Source: a virus. Taken from it: a stretch of 35,948 nt of DNA. The DNA lies in IMG/VR virus record IMGVR_UViG_3300045988_029071, positions 1 to 35,948 of that record; one strand, given 5' to 3'. The position numbers and the translations under genes are program-made. Shown here piece after piece: positions 6,892 to 15,429 of this stretch; position 1 is the stretch's first letter, and every line of letters starts with the position of its first letter. A model generated the notes under the pieces. That model was not told where the DNA came from and did not search any database. It saw only the letters and a list, made by a program, of their open reading frames with translations.

Positions 6892-9800
6892 CTAAATGTT
6901 AAGCAAGACTTGTCCTGCACGTTCCTGTTCTCTATTGATTTCTTGAATAGCCACACGTCCGAATTCGTGGCCACCAATCTGGATCACGATGTCGCCATTG
7001 CCACTGAAGCCACTTGATTGCGTTAAGCCACCACCTAGAGCGTTGACTACTGCACCACCTACGATACGACCCATGGTCTGTAAGAAACCAGTGTTCTCAA
7101 GTGGCATGACAACCTCTTTACCAGCTTCACCAATCATGGCCACAGTCGGGCTGTCAACGATACCACCACGAGCTAATCGAGGTAGACTCACATAGCCAAT
7201 ACCACCAAGAGATACGCCAGGGATTTTGTTAATCATACCAATAACGCCATTGATCATGCTGATGAAGCCGTTGACTACATTCTCAATCGTTCCAAGCACT
7301 GCATTAACTGCGCTTCTAAAGGCTCCGCCTACTGCGCTACCGACTGCTTGACCTGCGTTAACAAAGATACTCTTGACAGTTGACCAAACGCCACTAAAGA
7401 AGCCTCCAATGCTACTAAATGCGTTAACCACTGCATTATAAGCGCTTGAGAAGATACTTCCAAACCAAGTAGCTACGTTAGCAAGTGCATTCGTGACGTC
7501 GTTCCATCTTTCGCCGAACCAAGTGCCGATATTAGCAAATATACCAGTAAGCCCATTCCAAGCTTTCTGGAACATATCTGTGAACCAGGTGCCGATGTTT
7601 GAAAGTGCAGTAGTCACTTCAGTCCAACGAGCACTGAACCATGTGCCTAAACCAGTAAAGATGGCAACAATTCCATCCCATGCAGCTTGAAACACGCCAG
7701 CGAACCATTCCGCAACCGGAGAGAAAATAGATACGATACCGTCCCAAATTCCTTGGAAGATTGCTACAATCGTATCCCAGATAACTTTCAAAACTGCTAC
7801 TGTTAAATCTAACAATCCAGTTAAGATTGTAGACAAGATGTTCATGATCGCATCGCCCGTTTCGGTGAAGCCATCAAAAATCTTATCCATATCACTGGTA
7901 AGAATTCCAGTGATGATATCAAACACACCCTTAACAAAGTCAGCTATTCCTCCCAAAATATCTGCAGCAGTATTAAATAATACACGGAAGACTTCTCCGA
8001 TATATTCAAGAGTTGGAGCTAGAACTTTCGTTAATTGTTCAACAATAAAGCTGATAACTGGTGCTAAATAAGCATTGATGACTTGTGACATTTCTTGGAA
8101 GCTAGCGACCATGTCCAAAATCTTTTGAATCAATGGTGAAATGTGCTTACCGATTGTATCAGCGAAACCTTGGCCGATTTTCTTGATGACCGGTTGGATA
8201 TGATTGTTCCATCCTTTTACAAATACGCTAACAAAACCAGATATAGCCTTAGTTGATGATTCAATCGACGGTCTAATATAATTATCATACACACGACTGA
8301 TTGAATCAGACATGTCATTGATTGCTTGTTCAGCACTTTCAAAGATTGGAGCGATGTCAGACAAAGTATTTGAGAAAATTTCAGCAATGCCGGGCATGTT
8401 ATCCGTAACAATTCGCTCAATTCCTTGCATAAGATCGCCACCAAACTTGTAGCTAATCTCTACAATACTTGAACGAATCGCTAAAATAGATGACACAATC
8501 GAACTTCCAATGCGAATGGCACCAGTCGATGTAATGACATCGTAGAAGCCGTCTGCGAACGCTTGAGCGATGTTTCCGGCCGAGGCAAACATATTACCAG
8601 TGTTCTCAAATTCCGCCACCAAAGCACGGATGATGCGCTCTTTTTGGCGCCCTAAACCATTTGCGATACTTTCAGCAAGGAAAACACCGATACCAACTCC
8701 GACCGTACCGATAGAACCTGCAATCTGCCCTAGTGCATAAGCGATTTTCTCGTTCATGCCATTGAAGGCATTAACTACCCGTGGATCAGTAGCAATTTCT
8801 TCAAGCGTCGTCTTGATTTGACCAAGACCAATCTTGATACGTTCTAAACCTTCAGCTCTGAATGCAGCAGTGAAACCTTTGCTAAAGAGGCTTGTTAGTC
8901 CTTTCAGCTTGTTTCCTAGACCGTCAAAAATGCTCTTGAATTGGCTATCCATATCAGTCAAGGCTACTTCTGGCAAGATATCCTTGAAAGGTGCGCCACC
9001 GCCTCCCTTTCCTTTCTTACCTTTACCTCCGCCGCCTCCGCCTTTGCCTTTTCCAGCACCATCGTCATCGCCAGAATCGTCTTTCTTACCTAATAGGTTG
9101 ATTTCATCAAATCCCATTAGACCAAGTAATTCCTTAACGGCTTTTTTAGCTGACTTGGCTGTGTCGTCCAAGTTATCGGCCATACCACCTGAAGCATCGT
9201 CTGCATCATCCATGGCATCTGCAAGGTCACCAGCTCCGCCTGCTGCATCTTGCAAAGCGTCCCCAGCGCTACTTGCTGCACTAGCTACACCGCTATCTTT
9301 AACGGTCGCTTTCTTGTTAAATAGCAAGGCAATGAACTCTGCTAACTTGCCAGTAACATTCTTCAATACCATAGCAAAAGAGTTCAAGATTGGCATAATG
9401 GCATTGATAATTGGTAAGAATGCGTTACCTACGTTAAGTGCAGCATCTTTAAGCAATGATTTAAACAAGCTGATTCGTCCGTTGACTGACTGAGACAAGG
9501 TTGTGCCGTATTTAGCAGTCGCTTGTTCCAAGATAGCCATTAAACGAATCTGTTGTTGTGTCTGGTAATCCAATTGGTCCCAGCTTTGGCCATTTGCAAA
9601 ACGCTTGAACGCTTCAGTAGATTGAATCATAGCAACATTGACGTTGATTCCTAAATCTTCAATTGCTTCGGTGTTCCCGAGCAAACCTGAACGAATACGC
9701 TCCATAACGTCCGTAATGCTACGTCCTGAACCTTCAGCAACAACTGCCGATGTCTGAAGCATCTTAGCAGTATAGGCGCTTAATTTCCCTGAATCTTTAA

Positions 9801-10206
9801 TAAAACCAGAGAAAAGGTTAGAATAAACCGCACCGTAGTTAGTAGCCTCTCCTACGCTCATATTCATAGCGTTGGCGTTATCGTTAACCCATTTTAAGAA
9901 TGTTTGCGAGCTCTCGCCCATTTGGCGTTTAATTTGGTTGATTGAAGCTGTAACCTCAAGAGCCATCTGTGTCGAATACATACCAACATCAAGCAACTTT
10001 TTGCCAAGATAAGCAAAACCTGCGAATTTAGCTAATTTACCAAAAACGCCTAGCATAGATCCTGACTGAGTTTTGATTTTGTTAGTTGACTCTTGCACCT
10101 TGCCAGATGCATCTTTGACCCTGTTCTCTACTTCTTTCATTTTGTTTTTGAAAGGCGCAATTTCAGCATCAATCATTACCTTGAGCTCATCAAGAGTAAC
10201 TCCCAT
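6892..10206 (-). CDS. Tape measure protein
   Basis: 1104 aa located after the gpG/gpT chaperones. It is Ala/Gly/Ile-rich with a G/K low-complexity tract and W/F-periodic C-terminal repeats. Confidence 0.9.
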   Translation of the reverse strand: MGVTLDELKVMIDAEIAPFKNKMKEVENRVKDASGKVQESTNKIKTQSGSMLGVFGKLAKFAGFAYLGKKLLDVGMYSTQMALEVTASINQIKRQMGESSQTFLKWVNDNANAMNMSVGEATNYGAVYSNLFSGFIKDSGKLSAYTAKMLQTSAVVAEGSGRSITDVMERIRSGLLGNTEAIEDLGINVNVAMIQSTEAFKRFANGQSWDQLDYQTQQQIRLMAILEQATAKYGTTLSQSVNGRISLFKSLLKDAALNVGNAFLPIINAIMPILNSFAMVLKNVTGKLAEFIALLFNKKATVKDSGVASAASSAGDALQDAAGGAGDLADAMDDADDASGGMADNLDDTAKSAKKAVKELLGLMGFDEINLLGKKDDSGDDDGAGKGKGGGGGGKGKKGKGGGGAPFKDILPEVALTDMDSQFKSIFDGLGNKLKGLTSLFSKGFTAAFRAEGLERIKIGLGQIKTTLEEIATDPRVVNAFNGMNEKIAYALGQIAGSIGTVGVGIGVFLAESIANGLGRQKERIIRALVAEFENTGNMFASAGNIAQAFADGFYDVITSTGAIRIGSSIVSSILAIRSSIVEISYKFGGDLMQGIERIVTDNMPGIAEIFSNTLSDIAPIFESAEQAINDMSDSISRVYDNYIRPSIESSTKAISGFVSVFVKGWNNHIQPVIKKIGQGFADTIGKHISPLIQKILDMVASFQEMSQVINAYLAPVISFIVEQLTKVLAPTLEYIGEVFRVLFNTAADILGGIADFVKGVFDIITGILTSDMDKIFDGFTETGDAIMNILSTILTGLLDLTVAVLKVIWDTIVAIFQGIWDGIVSIFSPVAEWFAGVFQAAWDGIVAIFTGLGTWFSARWTEVTTALSNIGTWFTDMFQKAWNGLTGIFANIGTWFGERWNDVTNALANVATWFGSIFSSAYNAVVNAFSSIGGFFSGVWSTVKSIFVNAGQAVGSAVGGAFRSAVNAVLGTIENVVNGFISMINGVIGMINKIPGVSLGGIGYVSLPRLARGGIVDSPTVAMIGEAGKEVVMPLENTGFLQTMGRIVGGAVVNALGGGLTQSSGFSGNGDIVIQIGGHEFGRVAIQEINREQERAGQVLLNI

Positions 10207-10671
10207 TTATTCCCCTTTCGTCTTAAATTTCCTGTTGTGACTTTCAGCAAACATGCGCATACGTTCTTTATGTACCCGCATTTCTTGTTCTTTCCTTGCT
10301 CTTTCGACTTGTTCTCTCTCTTCCTTGAATAATTCAGGGGCATAGTCCCAAACCTCAAGCGGTTTAGCATCTTTAGAGAGCAACAAAGAAACATTATTAG
10401 CAATCATTTGTGAAAGCGTGTACGACTCAATAATTTTGTCTTTTTGTTTTTGGATCCTAACACGGTTGTAACTTTCAATCAGGTCTCTGATTTCAAGTAC
10501 CGTTAAATCCCAAAAAACGAGAGGCTCCCCCCCAATGTCTAGAAACATAGGGTAAAGCCTCTCAACCATTTCAGTTATAGATGTAACTGTAGTCTGTTCT
10601 ACTCGACTACTTCCAGTTTGGTTTTCTTGGGAGCTTTCTTCTTGCTTGGTTTCTCCCGTGGCATAAAACCC
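10207..10671 (-). CDS. gpT-like -1 frame extension of the tail assembly chaperone (expressed as a G-T fusion)
   Basis: The -1 frame relative to gpG is open from at least 10710 to 10207. The ATG at 10569 has no Shine-Dalgarno sequence. A canonical slippery heptamer lies at 10665-10671. Confidence 0.65.
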   Translation of the reverse strand, partial: GFYATGETKQEESSQENQTGSSRVEQTTVTSITEMVERLYPMFLDIGGEPLVFWDLTVLEIRDLIESYNRVRIQKQKDKIIESYTLSQMIANNVSLLLSKDAKPLEVWDYAPELFKEEREQVERARKEQEMRVHKERMRMFAESHNRKFKTKGE

Positions 10672-10985
10672 GAAACTTGGAGCAATGGCAAGATAACATC
10701 CGCCATGAACGCTGCCTGGTCTCCACCATTATCGACATACTCGTCGTAAAGGTCAGATGTATCTTCAAATGAAATACCGTGCTCGTATTTTTGAAGCGCT
10801 CCATGAGTTAAGAGCAACATCACCTTTAAAGGAGGTAATGTGAAAGTTTCACCTTCTTCAGGCATAAATACCTTGAGCAAGTTTGCTCCAATTTTTTCTT
10901 CAACTTTAGTCCCTTGCAAGGAAGTAAGGCGGAGTTTCAACTCCTTGTCCTCGCTGACCTTCCATGTCGTATATGGTAGAGCCAT
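10599..10985 (-). CDS. Tail assembly chaperone (gpG analogue)
   Basis: 128 aa located between the major tail and tape measure genes, with an acidic body and a basic C-terminus. Confidence 0.75.
   Translation of the reverse strand: MALPYTTWKVSEDKELKLRLTSLQGTKVEEKIGANLLKVFMPEEGETFTLPPLKVMLLLTHGALQKYEHGISFEDTSDLYDEYVDNGGDQAAFMADVILPLLQVSGFMPREKPSKKKAPKKTKLEVVE
10665..10671 (-). promoter_or_regulatory. Programmed -1 frameshift slippery heptamer G_GGT_TTT
   Basis: The - strand reads tcG GGT TTT atg in the gpG frame. The XXXYYYZ pattern sits 64 nt before the gpG stop, and the shifted frame continues as FGFYATGET... into the 120-aa ORF. Confidence 0.6.
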
Positions 10986-10989
10986 CTAA

Positions 10990-11403
10990 TTAACCTCCAA
11001 TTCCGTCTGTAAATTCAAGTTCAGATTGTAGTGCAATTTTAAGAGTAAACTCAATAACAGAGTTCACACCACCACCGCCAAGTTTGACAGATACCTGTCC
11101 TTCAAATTTGACCTTGGTGTTGTCTGGGTAGGTTTGTTCAAAGAAGAGCTTAGTTTTGTTGTCTGCTGCGTTACGCAAAACACGGTAAGGAGCATCTGCC
11201 CCGTCGTTTTTATAAGCGAATTTGTATTCAAGCTCCCCAGCATCGCCAATACCGAACTCATATTTTTTAGCCTTGTCTTCAAGGGTGGTATTTTCAACCT
11301 TTTCAGGTTCAATACCGAATTCAGGTACTTCTTTTAGTCCTGCAAGTTTGGTATAAGTTCCTTTAGCTGTTCCATAAGACAGCGTAATTCCATTTGCTAA
11401 CAT
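10990..11403 (-). CDS. Major tail protein
   Basis: 137 aa. The segment LAGLKEVPEFGIEPEKVENTTLEDKAKKYEFGIGDAGELEYKF fits the TP901-1/phi13-type major tail pattern. Confidence 0.8.
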   Translation of the reverse strand: MLANGITLSYGTAKGTYTKLAGLKEVPEFGIEPEKVENTTLEDKAKKYEFGIGDAGELEYKFAYKNDGADAPYRVLRNAADNKTKLFFEQTYPDNTKVKFEGQVSVKLGGGGVNSVIEFTLKIALQSELEFTDGIGG

Positions 11404-11406
11404 GTA

Positions 11407-11775
11407 TTAATTCTCCATTCTGTATTGATAAACAAGCTCAGAGTCAAGGTCGACAATACCTTCAAATCTCATCAATTTATGCCTCAAATGAGAGGGGTCA
11501 GGGATATCTTGACTTTCAATCCTACGCAGGCCTAATGAAGCGAAAATCTCATTGATTTTAACTGCAAGGTTGCTAGTGCTATCATTATCGAAGATATCAA
11601 CCTTATAGCGAATTGATGTTTTTTGTTCCTTATCGTCGAACCAATCGCCTGGCTTATTTTGTTCTTCTAAAAAAATAACGACTGGGAAGTTCTCCCAATC
11701 GTCTGGATAAGTGTCGGTCACATTATCTGCGACCTTCTGCAATTCTTTGTAAATTACGGGTTTAATATTAATCAT
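11407..11775 (-). CDS. Tail terminator/completion protein (position-based)
   Basis: 122 aa located between the HK97 gp10-like gene and the major tail protein gene. Confidence 0.5.
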   Translation of the reverse strand: MINIKPVIYKELQKVADNVTDTYPDDWENFPVVIFLEEQNKPGDWFDDKEQKTSIRYKVDIFDNDSTSNLAVKINEIFASLGLRRIESQDIPDPSHLRHKLMRFEGIVDLDSELVYQYRMEN

Positions 11776-12284
11776 TATATCTGTTCCTTTATCTTCCTAC
11801 TAACGTATTTAGAGATACTCCTTGATACACGTTCCTGGTTGTCCTTTAAAGCAGGATACAAGTAAGGTTGAGCTGGTTGACCATACATCTTGTAAAACTC
11901 GCCTCTTTTTGCAAAGTGGTAAGGTCCTACGTTGATTTGGTCTTCATGCACATACCACGGACTAGAGCGATAAAACACGCTCACTTCAGGCGATATGCCT
12001 GAATGATTAGCTAGTCCTTTTGGACCTGTTCCAAGTTCGACATAAGCGCCGTGGTCTGAATTTGTGAATATTTCGCTTGATATCTTGTTGCCATTCACTT
12101 TCAACCGTACTCTGATGCTATTTCTCAACTCACCTTCATTAGCTGGTGCTCTGAGTTTAGCTTCAGGTTGAACGATTGTCTTACCAGCATGCAAGACCGC
12201 TTGGCCTACAAACTCATTAGTCTTTGCTCCGTAGAGTTTACGGCATTTAGCAATTAAGCTATCTGCTCCGATTAAACCTGACAC
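11775..12284 (-). CDS. HK97 gp10-family head-tail joining protein
   Basis: 169 aa with NEGELRNSIRV...SDHGAYVELGTGPKG, typical of the HK97 gp10 family. Confidence 0.7.
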   Translation of the reverse strand: MSGLIGADSLIAKCRKLYGAKTNEFVGQAVLHAGKTIVQPEAKLRAPANEGELRNSIRVRLKVNGNKISSEIFTNSDHGAYVELGTGPKGLANHSGISPEVSVFYRSSPWYVHEDQINVGPYHFAKRGEFYKMYGQPAQPYLYPALKDNQERVSRSISKYVSRKIKEQI

Positions 12285-12597
12285 GTTCTAACTCCAATAC
12301 TTGATGTTGGCTATACACTTTCTTTGAGATAACCCGATGCGTGACTTCTGTCTCGCTCTCGATACAAACACCGTCTTTGACATTAATATCTGCATCTTTG
12401 CTCGCATTCGCATTCAAGATATCATTCAAGCGTTCACCGTATATTTCAGATTGTAGTTTGCTACTAGCTGGCCACAATTCAAGCCTTACTTCTTCAACCT
12501 TGTCCGTGTATCCTTCCTTAGCGATTCCCTCATCTGTCACGATTTTCTTGAACCGTTTGAGGTTATAAGGTTTCAGTCTATTCTTTTTCAAAAACAT
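12259..12597 (-). CDS. Head closure / head-tail adaptor protein
   Basis: 112 aa. The call rests on position and general similarity to SPP1 gp16-like adaptors. Confidence 0.6.
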   Translation of the reverse strand: MFLKKNRLKPYNLKRFKKIVTDEGIAKEGYTDKVEEVRLELWPASSKLQSEIYGERLNDILNANASKDADINVKDGVCIESETEVTHRVISKKVYSQHQVLELERVRFNRSR

Positions 12598-12889
12598 GGC
12601 CTGCCACCCTCGCTAAGCGATGCATCCGAACACGCTGTAAAATGCCCGTAGACAATCCATTTTCCCCGTAGGTAACAGATATACCACCTTCGCTTCTTGA
12701 CTGCTCTCCCTCGCTTCCTGAACGATTGTAGAGCTCAATTACAAGCTCTGGGATAAGCCTTTCAAGCGCAGGCGTTAGATTGTCTCGATTAGTTTCTGAT
12801 AAAATGATATTTTCTGCCCGTAAAATCAAAGACGAGAGGACCGCTTCGTCACTCTCGCCTATTAACATTTTTAATTTTTCAAGTTCCAT
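12578..12889 (-). CDS. Head-tail connector (gp6-like, QLRG-type)
   Basis: 103 aa with ...LILRAENIILSETNRDNLTPALERLIPELVIELYNRSGSEG, typical of gp6-like connectors. Confidence 0.7.
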   Translation of the reverse strand: MELEKLKMLIGESDEAVLSSLILRAENIILSETNRDNLTPALERLIPELVIELYNRSGSEGEQSRSEGGISVTYGENGLSTGILQRVRMHRLARVAGHVFEKE

Positions 12890-12897
12890 AAGACCTC

Positions 12898-13107
12898 CTA
12901 ATCTAAAGGAGTCGTCTCGTCTCCTTGTGCTTCGGTTTCTTCTTCATCAATGATTTCAACTACATCTGCGATATCAACTGAGAACCCTTCCTTGAGATTA
13001 TGCGACAGTTCGTCAAAGCGTCCTTCTGTCATCTCAAAGACTTCGTTCTCTTGTCGAACCACTTGCGCTTGCCAATCATTGAACGCTTGTTTGACTCTGA
13101 CTTTCAT
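12898..13107 (-). CDS. Small acidic hypothetical protein after the capsid gene
   Basis: 69-aa ORF packed tightly in the operon. Confidence 0.55.
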   Translation of the reverse strand: MKVRVKQAFNDWQAQVVRQENEVFEMTEGRFDELSHNLKEGFSVDIADVVEIIDEEETEAQGDETTPLD

Positions 13108-13117
13108 AGATCAGACC

Positions 13118-13972
13118 TTATTTCTTGATTTCTGCAAGCACGACTTTAGAATCATCTGAAACGGCCACTGTGTAGAACTCGTCGATTGAGATTTCAGTAG
13201 AACGTTTCAATGATTTACGGTCTACTTCGACGTTTGGATCACGTTTGAGATAGACTGTCAATGCTGCAGTGTCTTTTTCAGTTTCGTCATCATGAGTAAG
13301 TTTGATGATTGGGCAAGTGTAGAATGCGCTAGTTGTATCGAGAGTAACCTTTTTAGTAGGAACAATGCGAGTGTTAGCGATTGTACCAATTTCGCCAGTC
13401 ATTACAACTTGGTTTGGATATTTATCCGCTGAAATGAAGTTAGGATCTTTACGCAAAGTTGTGACTTGTTTTGGATTGACAAACATTACTTTTTCAGTGT
13501 TAACTTCTTCTTCAAACAAATCAATAGCATCTACGATTACATCATAGCTGATTGCTTTTGTTTTAGAGTCATGCTTGCGAGTGTTTGTTTTCAAAAGAGC
13601 GTCCATTGCATCGTTATCAATTTTAGATGCGATAGAAAGTGCGAGTTGGTTTTCTGCGTTTCCTACTGGGTCACCATAACCAGAGAGAACAGCTTCGTCT
13701 GTCAATTCAACAGCTTTCATAGCTTTCTTGATTGTAGCAGTCTTAGTAGATGTACCAAGGACTACAACACCAGCTTCTACACCTTCGTTTACATCTTCAG
13801 CATCACCGATGTATGTGTAAGATGGTACTGTGATTGTGTTTCCTGGCACGCCTTCAAGCGTACGGTCGATTGCTGCAAATGGAATCACTTGCAATTTCTT
13901 TGGTAGCTTAGCTGCAATCATATCTCCCATTACTTCAGGATTTACTAGATTTGCAATTTTAGTTTGTGTCAT
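13118..13972 (-). CDS. Major capsid protein
   Basis: 284 aa following the scaffold gene. The N-terminus MTQTKIANLVNPEVMGDMIAAKLPKKL is typical of this capsid family in streptococcal siphoviruses. Confidence 0.85.
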   Translation of the reverse strand: MTQTKIANLVNPEVMGDMIAAKLPKKLQVIPFAAIDRTLEGVPGNTITVPSYTYIGDAEDVNEGVEAGVVVLGTSTKTATIKKAMKAVELTDEAVLSGYGDPVGNAENQLALSIASKIDNDAMDALLKTNTRKHDSKTKAISYDVIVDAIDLFEEEVNTEKVMFVNPKQVTTLRKDPNFISADKYPNQVVMTGEIGTIANTRIVPTKKVTLDTTSAFYTCPIIKLTHDDETEKDTAALTVYLKRDPNVEVDRKSLKRSTEISIDEFYTVAVSDDSKVVLAEIKK

Positions 13973-13994
13973 GTTTTAAATTCCCCTTTTTTAA

Positions 13995-14570
13995 TTAATT
14001 CAAAAACGAGTTATACAATTCAGGATTTGACTGTTTCAATGCAGCCTTTTCTGAATGACTCATTTGGAAAAATTGAGCTCTTGAAAGCCCTGTTGATTGT
14101 TGCGGCGCAGTCTTAATAGGTGCGCTACCTTTCATGCGGTCAGATACCCCTTTTTGGACTGCATCCTCCCACGTTTTCTGAATGCTTGCGACCGATTCAG
14201 TCACAGCTTCAGCGTTTGACAAATCAACCACGTTTACTAATTCAACTGGTAAGCCACGTTCACTTAACATTGCCTTAGCTTCTGCGGTCAATTCCTTACG
14301 AGCAATCGCTTGTTCACGATTAGCCAATTCTTGCTCACGCTGATCCAACTGATATTTCTGTTTCTCATCAGCGTTCATCTTGGCAAGTTTTTTAGCTTCG
14401 TTTTCCTTGGCTTCTTGCTCTGATTTCCACTTAGCAAACTTCTTGTCAATGATAGCATCGACTTCTGCATCTGTGTACTTTTTCTCGTCTTGCGGTTGGG
14501 TTTCGATAGTAGGTTCTGCAGGCACCCCTTGAGCTTCAACCGTTTCGACTGTTTGTGTTTCTTCGTTCAT
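13995..14570 (-). CDS. Scaffolding protein (DUF4355-like)
   Basis: 191 aa, acidic with coiled-coil sequence (KKYTDAEVDAIIDKKFAKWKSEQEAKENEAKK), upstream of the capsid gene. Confidence 0.8.
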   Translation of the reverse strand: MNEETQTVETVEAQGVPAEPTIETQPQDEKKYTDAEVDAIIDKKFAKWKSEQEAKENEAKKLAKMNADEKQKYQLDQREQELANREQAIARKELTAEAKAMLSERGLPVELVNVVDLSNAEAVTESVASIQKTWEDAVQKGVSDRMKGSAPIKTAPQQSTGLSRAQFFQMSHSEKAALKQSNPELYNSFLN

Positions 14571-14646
14571 TACGAACCTCCTATTTTTAAAGTCGTCCCC
14601 GACTGTATAATTCCATGGCTTTTAGTGTCGTCAATGCTCGGACAAT

Positions 14647-14675
14647 ATAAAAACCGCATCAATTCTGATACGGTT
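14647..14675 (-). terminator. Rho-independent terminator ending the moron cassette
   Basis: The - strand reads AACCGTATC-AGAATT-GATGCGGTT (9 bp with one G-U) followed by TTTATATT. Confidence 0.6.
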
Positions 14676-14731
14676 AAGTAACGATATTAAGTAGCAGTCT
14701 GTTCCTGCCAGCCAAGATGTTGGATCACCTC

Positions 14732-15031
14732 CTAAATAGTATCTAAAATATTCAGATACTCTAATTCTTCGTATGTTTCTGCAAAAATATCAGGCTTGCA
14801 CGGATAAAGTTCGCCTTGTACACCTCTAATAATGAAATCGCCTGTTTTTGCAACCATGACACCTTCAAGTGTCTTGATTTCACACCACGCTGGATTCTTA
14901 GACCATTTACCACCGTCGTGAATAATAATTTCATTTCTTGTCACTGCGTCCCAAAACCAGTCTTCCTCAATCAAGCAACGTTCATTGAGTTGAACCGCCT
15001 CAATGACTACTGGTTTCTTTCTGTATTTCAT
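14732..15031 (-). CDS. 99-aa small phage protein (PGDYG-like from memory; function unknown)
   Basis: MKYRKKPVVIEAVQ...AKTGDFIIRGVQGELYPCKPDIFAETYE resembles a widespread small phage protein family. It has an ATGA overlap with the upstream peptide ORF. Confidence 0.65.
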   Translation of the reverse strand: MKYRKKPVVIEAVQLNERCLIEEDWFWDAVTRNEIIIHDGGKWSKNPAWCEIKTLEGVMVAKTGDFIIRGVQGELYPCKPDIFAETYEELEYLNILDTI

Positions 15032-15150
15032 TTTTTCAATCCTTTCTTTACACCTTCAATTATCCCGCTGATCACAGCCAGAATAATAAAGATTAACAAC
15101 AAAAATACCAACCACCCAAAGGCGATTGATACCCATTCCCAAATAAACAT
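15028..15150 (-). CDS. 40-aa single-pass membrane peptide (MFIWEWVSIAFGWLVFLLLIFIILAVISGIIEGVKKGLKK), not in the ORF track
   Basis: Hand translation. A strong AAAGGAGG Shine-Dalgarno sequence lies 5 nt upstream of the ATG at 15150. The TGA stop overlaps the ATG of the 99-aa gene. Confidence 0.55.
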   Translation of the reverse strand: MFIWEWVSIAFGWLVFLLLIFIILAVISGIIEGVKKGLKK

Positions 15151-15172
15151 CAGCTCCTCCTTTCTGAGCACG

Positions 15173-15201
15173 AAAAAAGCACTTAGATTGCTCTAGGTGC
15201 T
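15173..15201 (-). terminator. Rho-independent terminator after the MuF-associated small ORF
   Basis: The - strand reads AGCACCTAGA-GCAA-TCTAAGTGCT (10 positions with one C-A mismatch) followed by TTTTTCG. The stem starts at the stop codon of the 71-aa ORF. Confidence 0.5.
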
Positions 15202-15416
15202 TAATAAATTCTGTCGTCGTAATCAATCGGTTTTTCAAACGCTTCATTTTTCTTAATGCACGAATCCACGACTGAATTATATTTCGAAATAGCTTCCTCG
15301 TCTACCTCGAAAGGGATTATCAAATACACAGGAAAATCTTCACCAAAATGACTATTGTATCTCTCACTGATTTCTTTGAATTGATTATAAATTTTTTCAT
15401 TCTTCCAAAAAAACAT
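15201..15416 (-). CDS. 71-aa protein immediately downstream of the MuF fusion (candidate cognate immunity/partner)
   Basis: The track ORF is trimmed to the ATG at 15416, which has a perfect AAGGAGG Shine-Dalgarno sequence 5 nt upstream. It begins 14 nt after the MuF stop. Confidence 0.6.
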   Translation of the reverse strand: MFFWKNEKIYNQFKEISERYNSHFGEDFPVYLIIPFEVDEEAISKYNSVVDSCIKKNEAFEKPIDYDDRIY

Positions 15417-15429
15417 CCTGACCTCCTTA

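Noticed and set aside
8834-9493. 219-aa + strand ORF rich in Pro/Ser/Ala inside the tape measure gene
   Set aside because: It is antisense to a clearly coding 1104-aa gene. Its composition mirrors the G/K/A/D-rich region on the other strand. It has no Shine-Dalgarno sequence and no operon context.
10607-10804. 65-aa ORF in the third frame inside the gpG gene
   Set aside because: It is fully embedded in gpG on the same strand in the +1 frame. Its basic nonsense-like sequence has no initiation signals. The functional alternative frame is the -1 frame.
13466-13906. 146-aa + strand ORF (and similar + ORFs at 3989-4426, 14816-15196, 19760-20146, 18272-18550)
   Set aside because: All lie antisense within well-supported structural or packaging genes. 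They are Cys/Phe-rich nonsense-like sequences with no start context.
14604-14634. Promoter restarting the scaffold/capsid operon after the moron terminator
   Set aside because: The - strand TTGACG (14634-14629) is followed by only poor -10 candidates: ATTATA at 17 nt or TATACA at 19 nt. The perfect TATAAT in this stretch is on the opposite strand. The evidence is too weak to list as a feature.
15056-15247. 63-aa track ORF between the MuF-associated gene and the 99-aa gene
   Set aside because: It spans the 15173-15201 terminator and has no Shine-Dalgarno sequence. A different frame holds a 40-aa ORF with a strong Shine-Dalgarno sequence and stop/start coupling, and that ORF was preferred.
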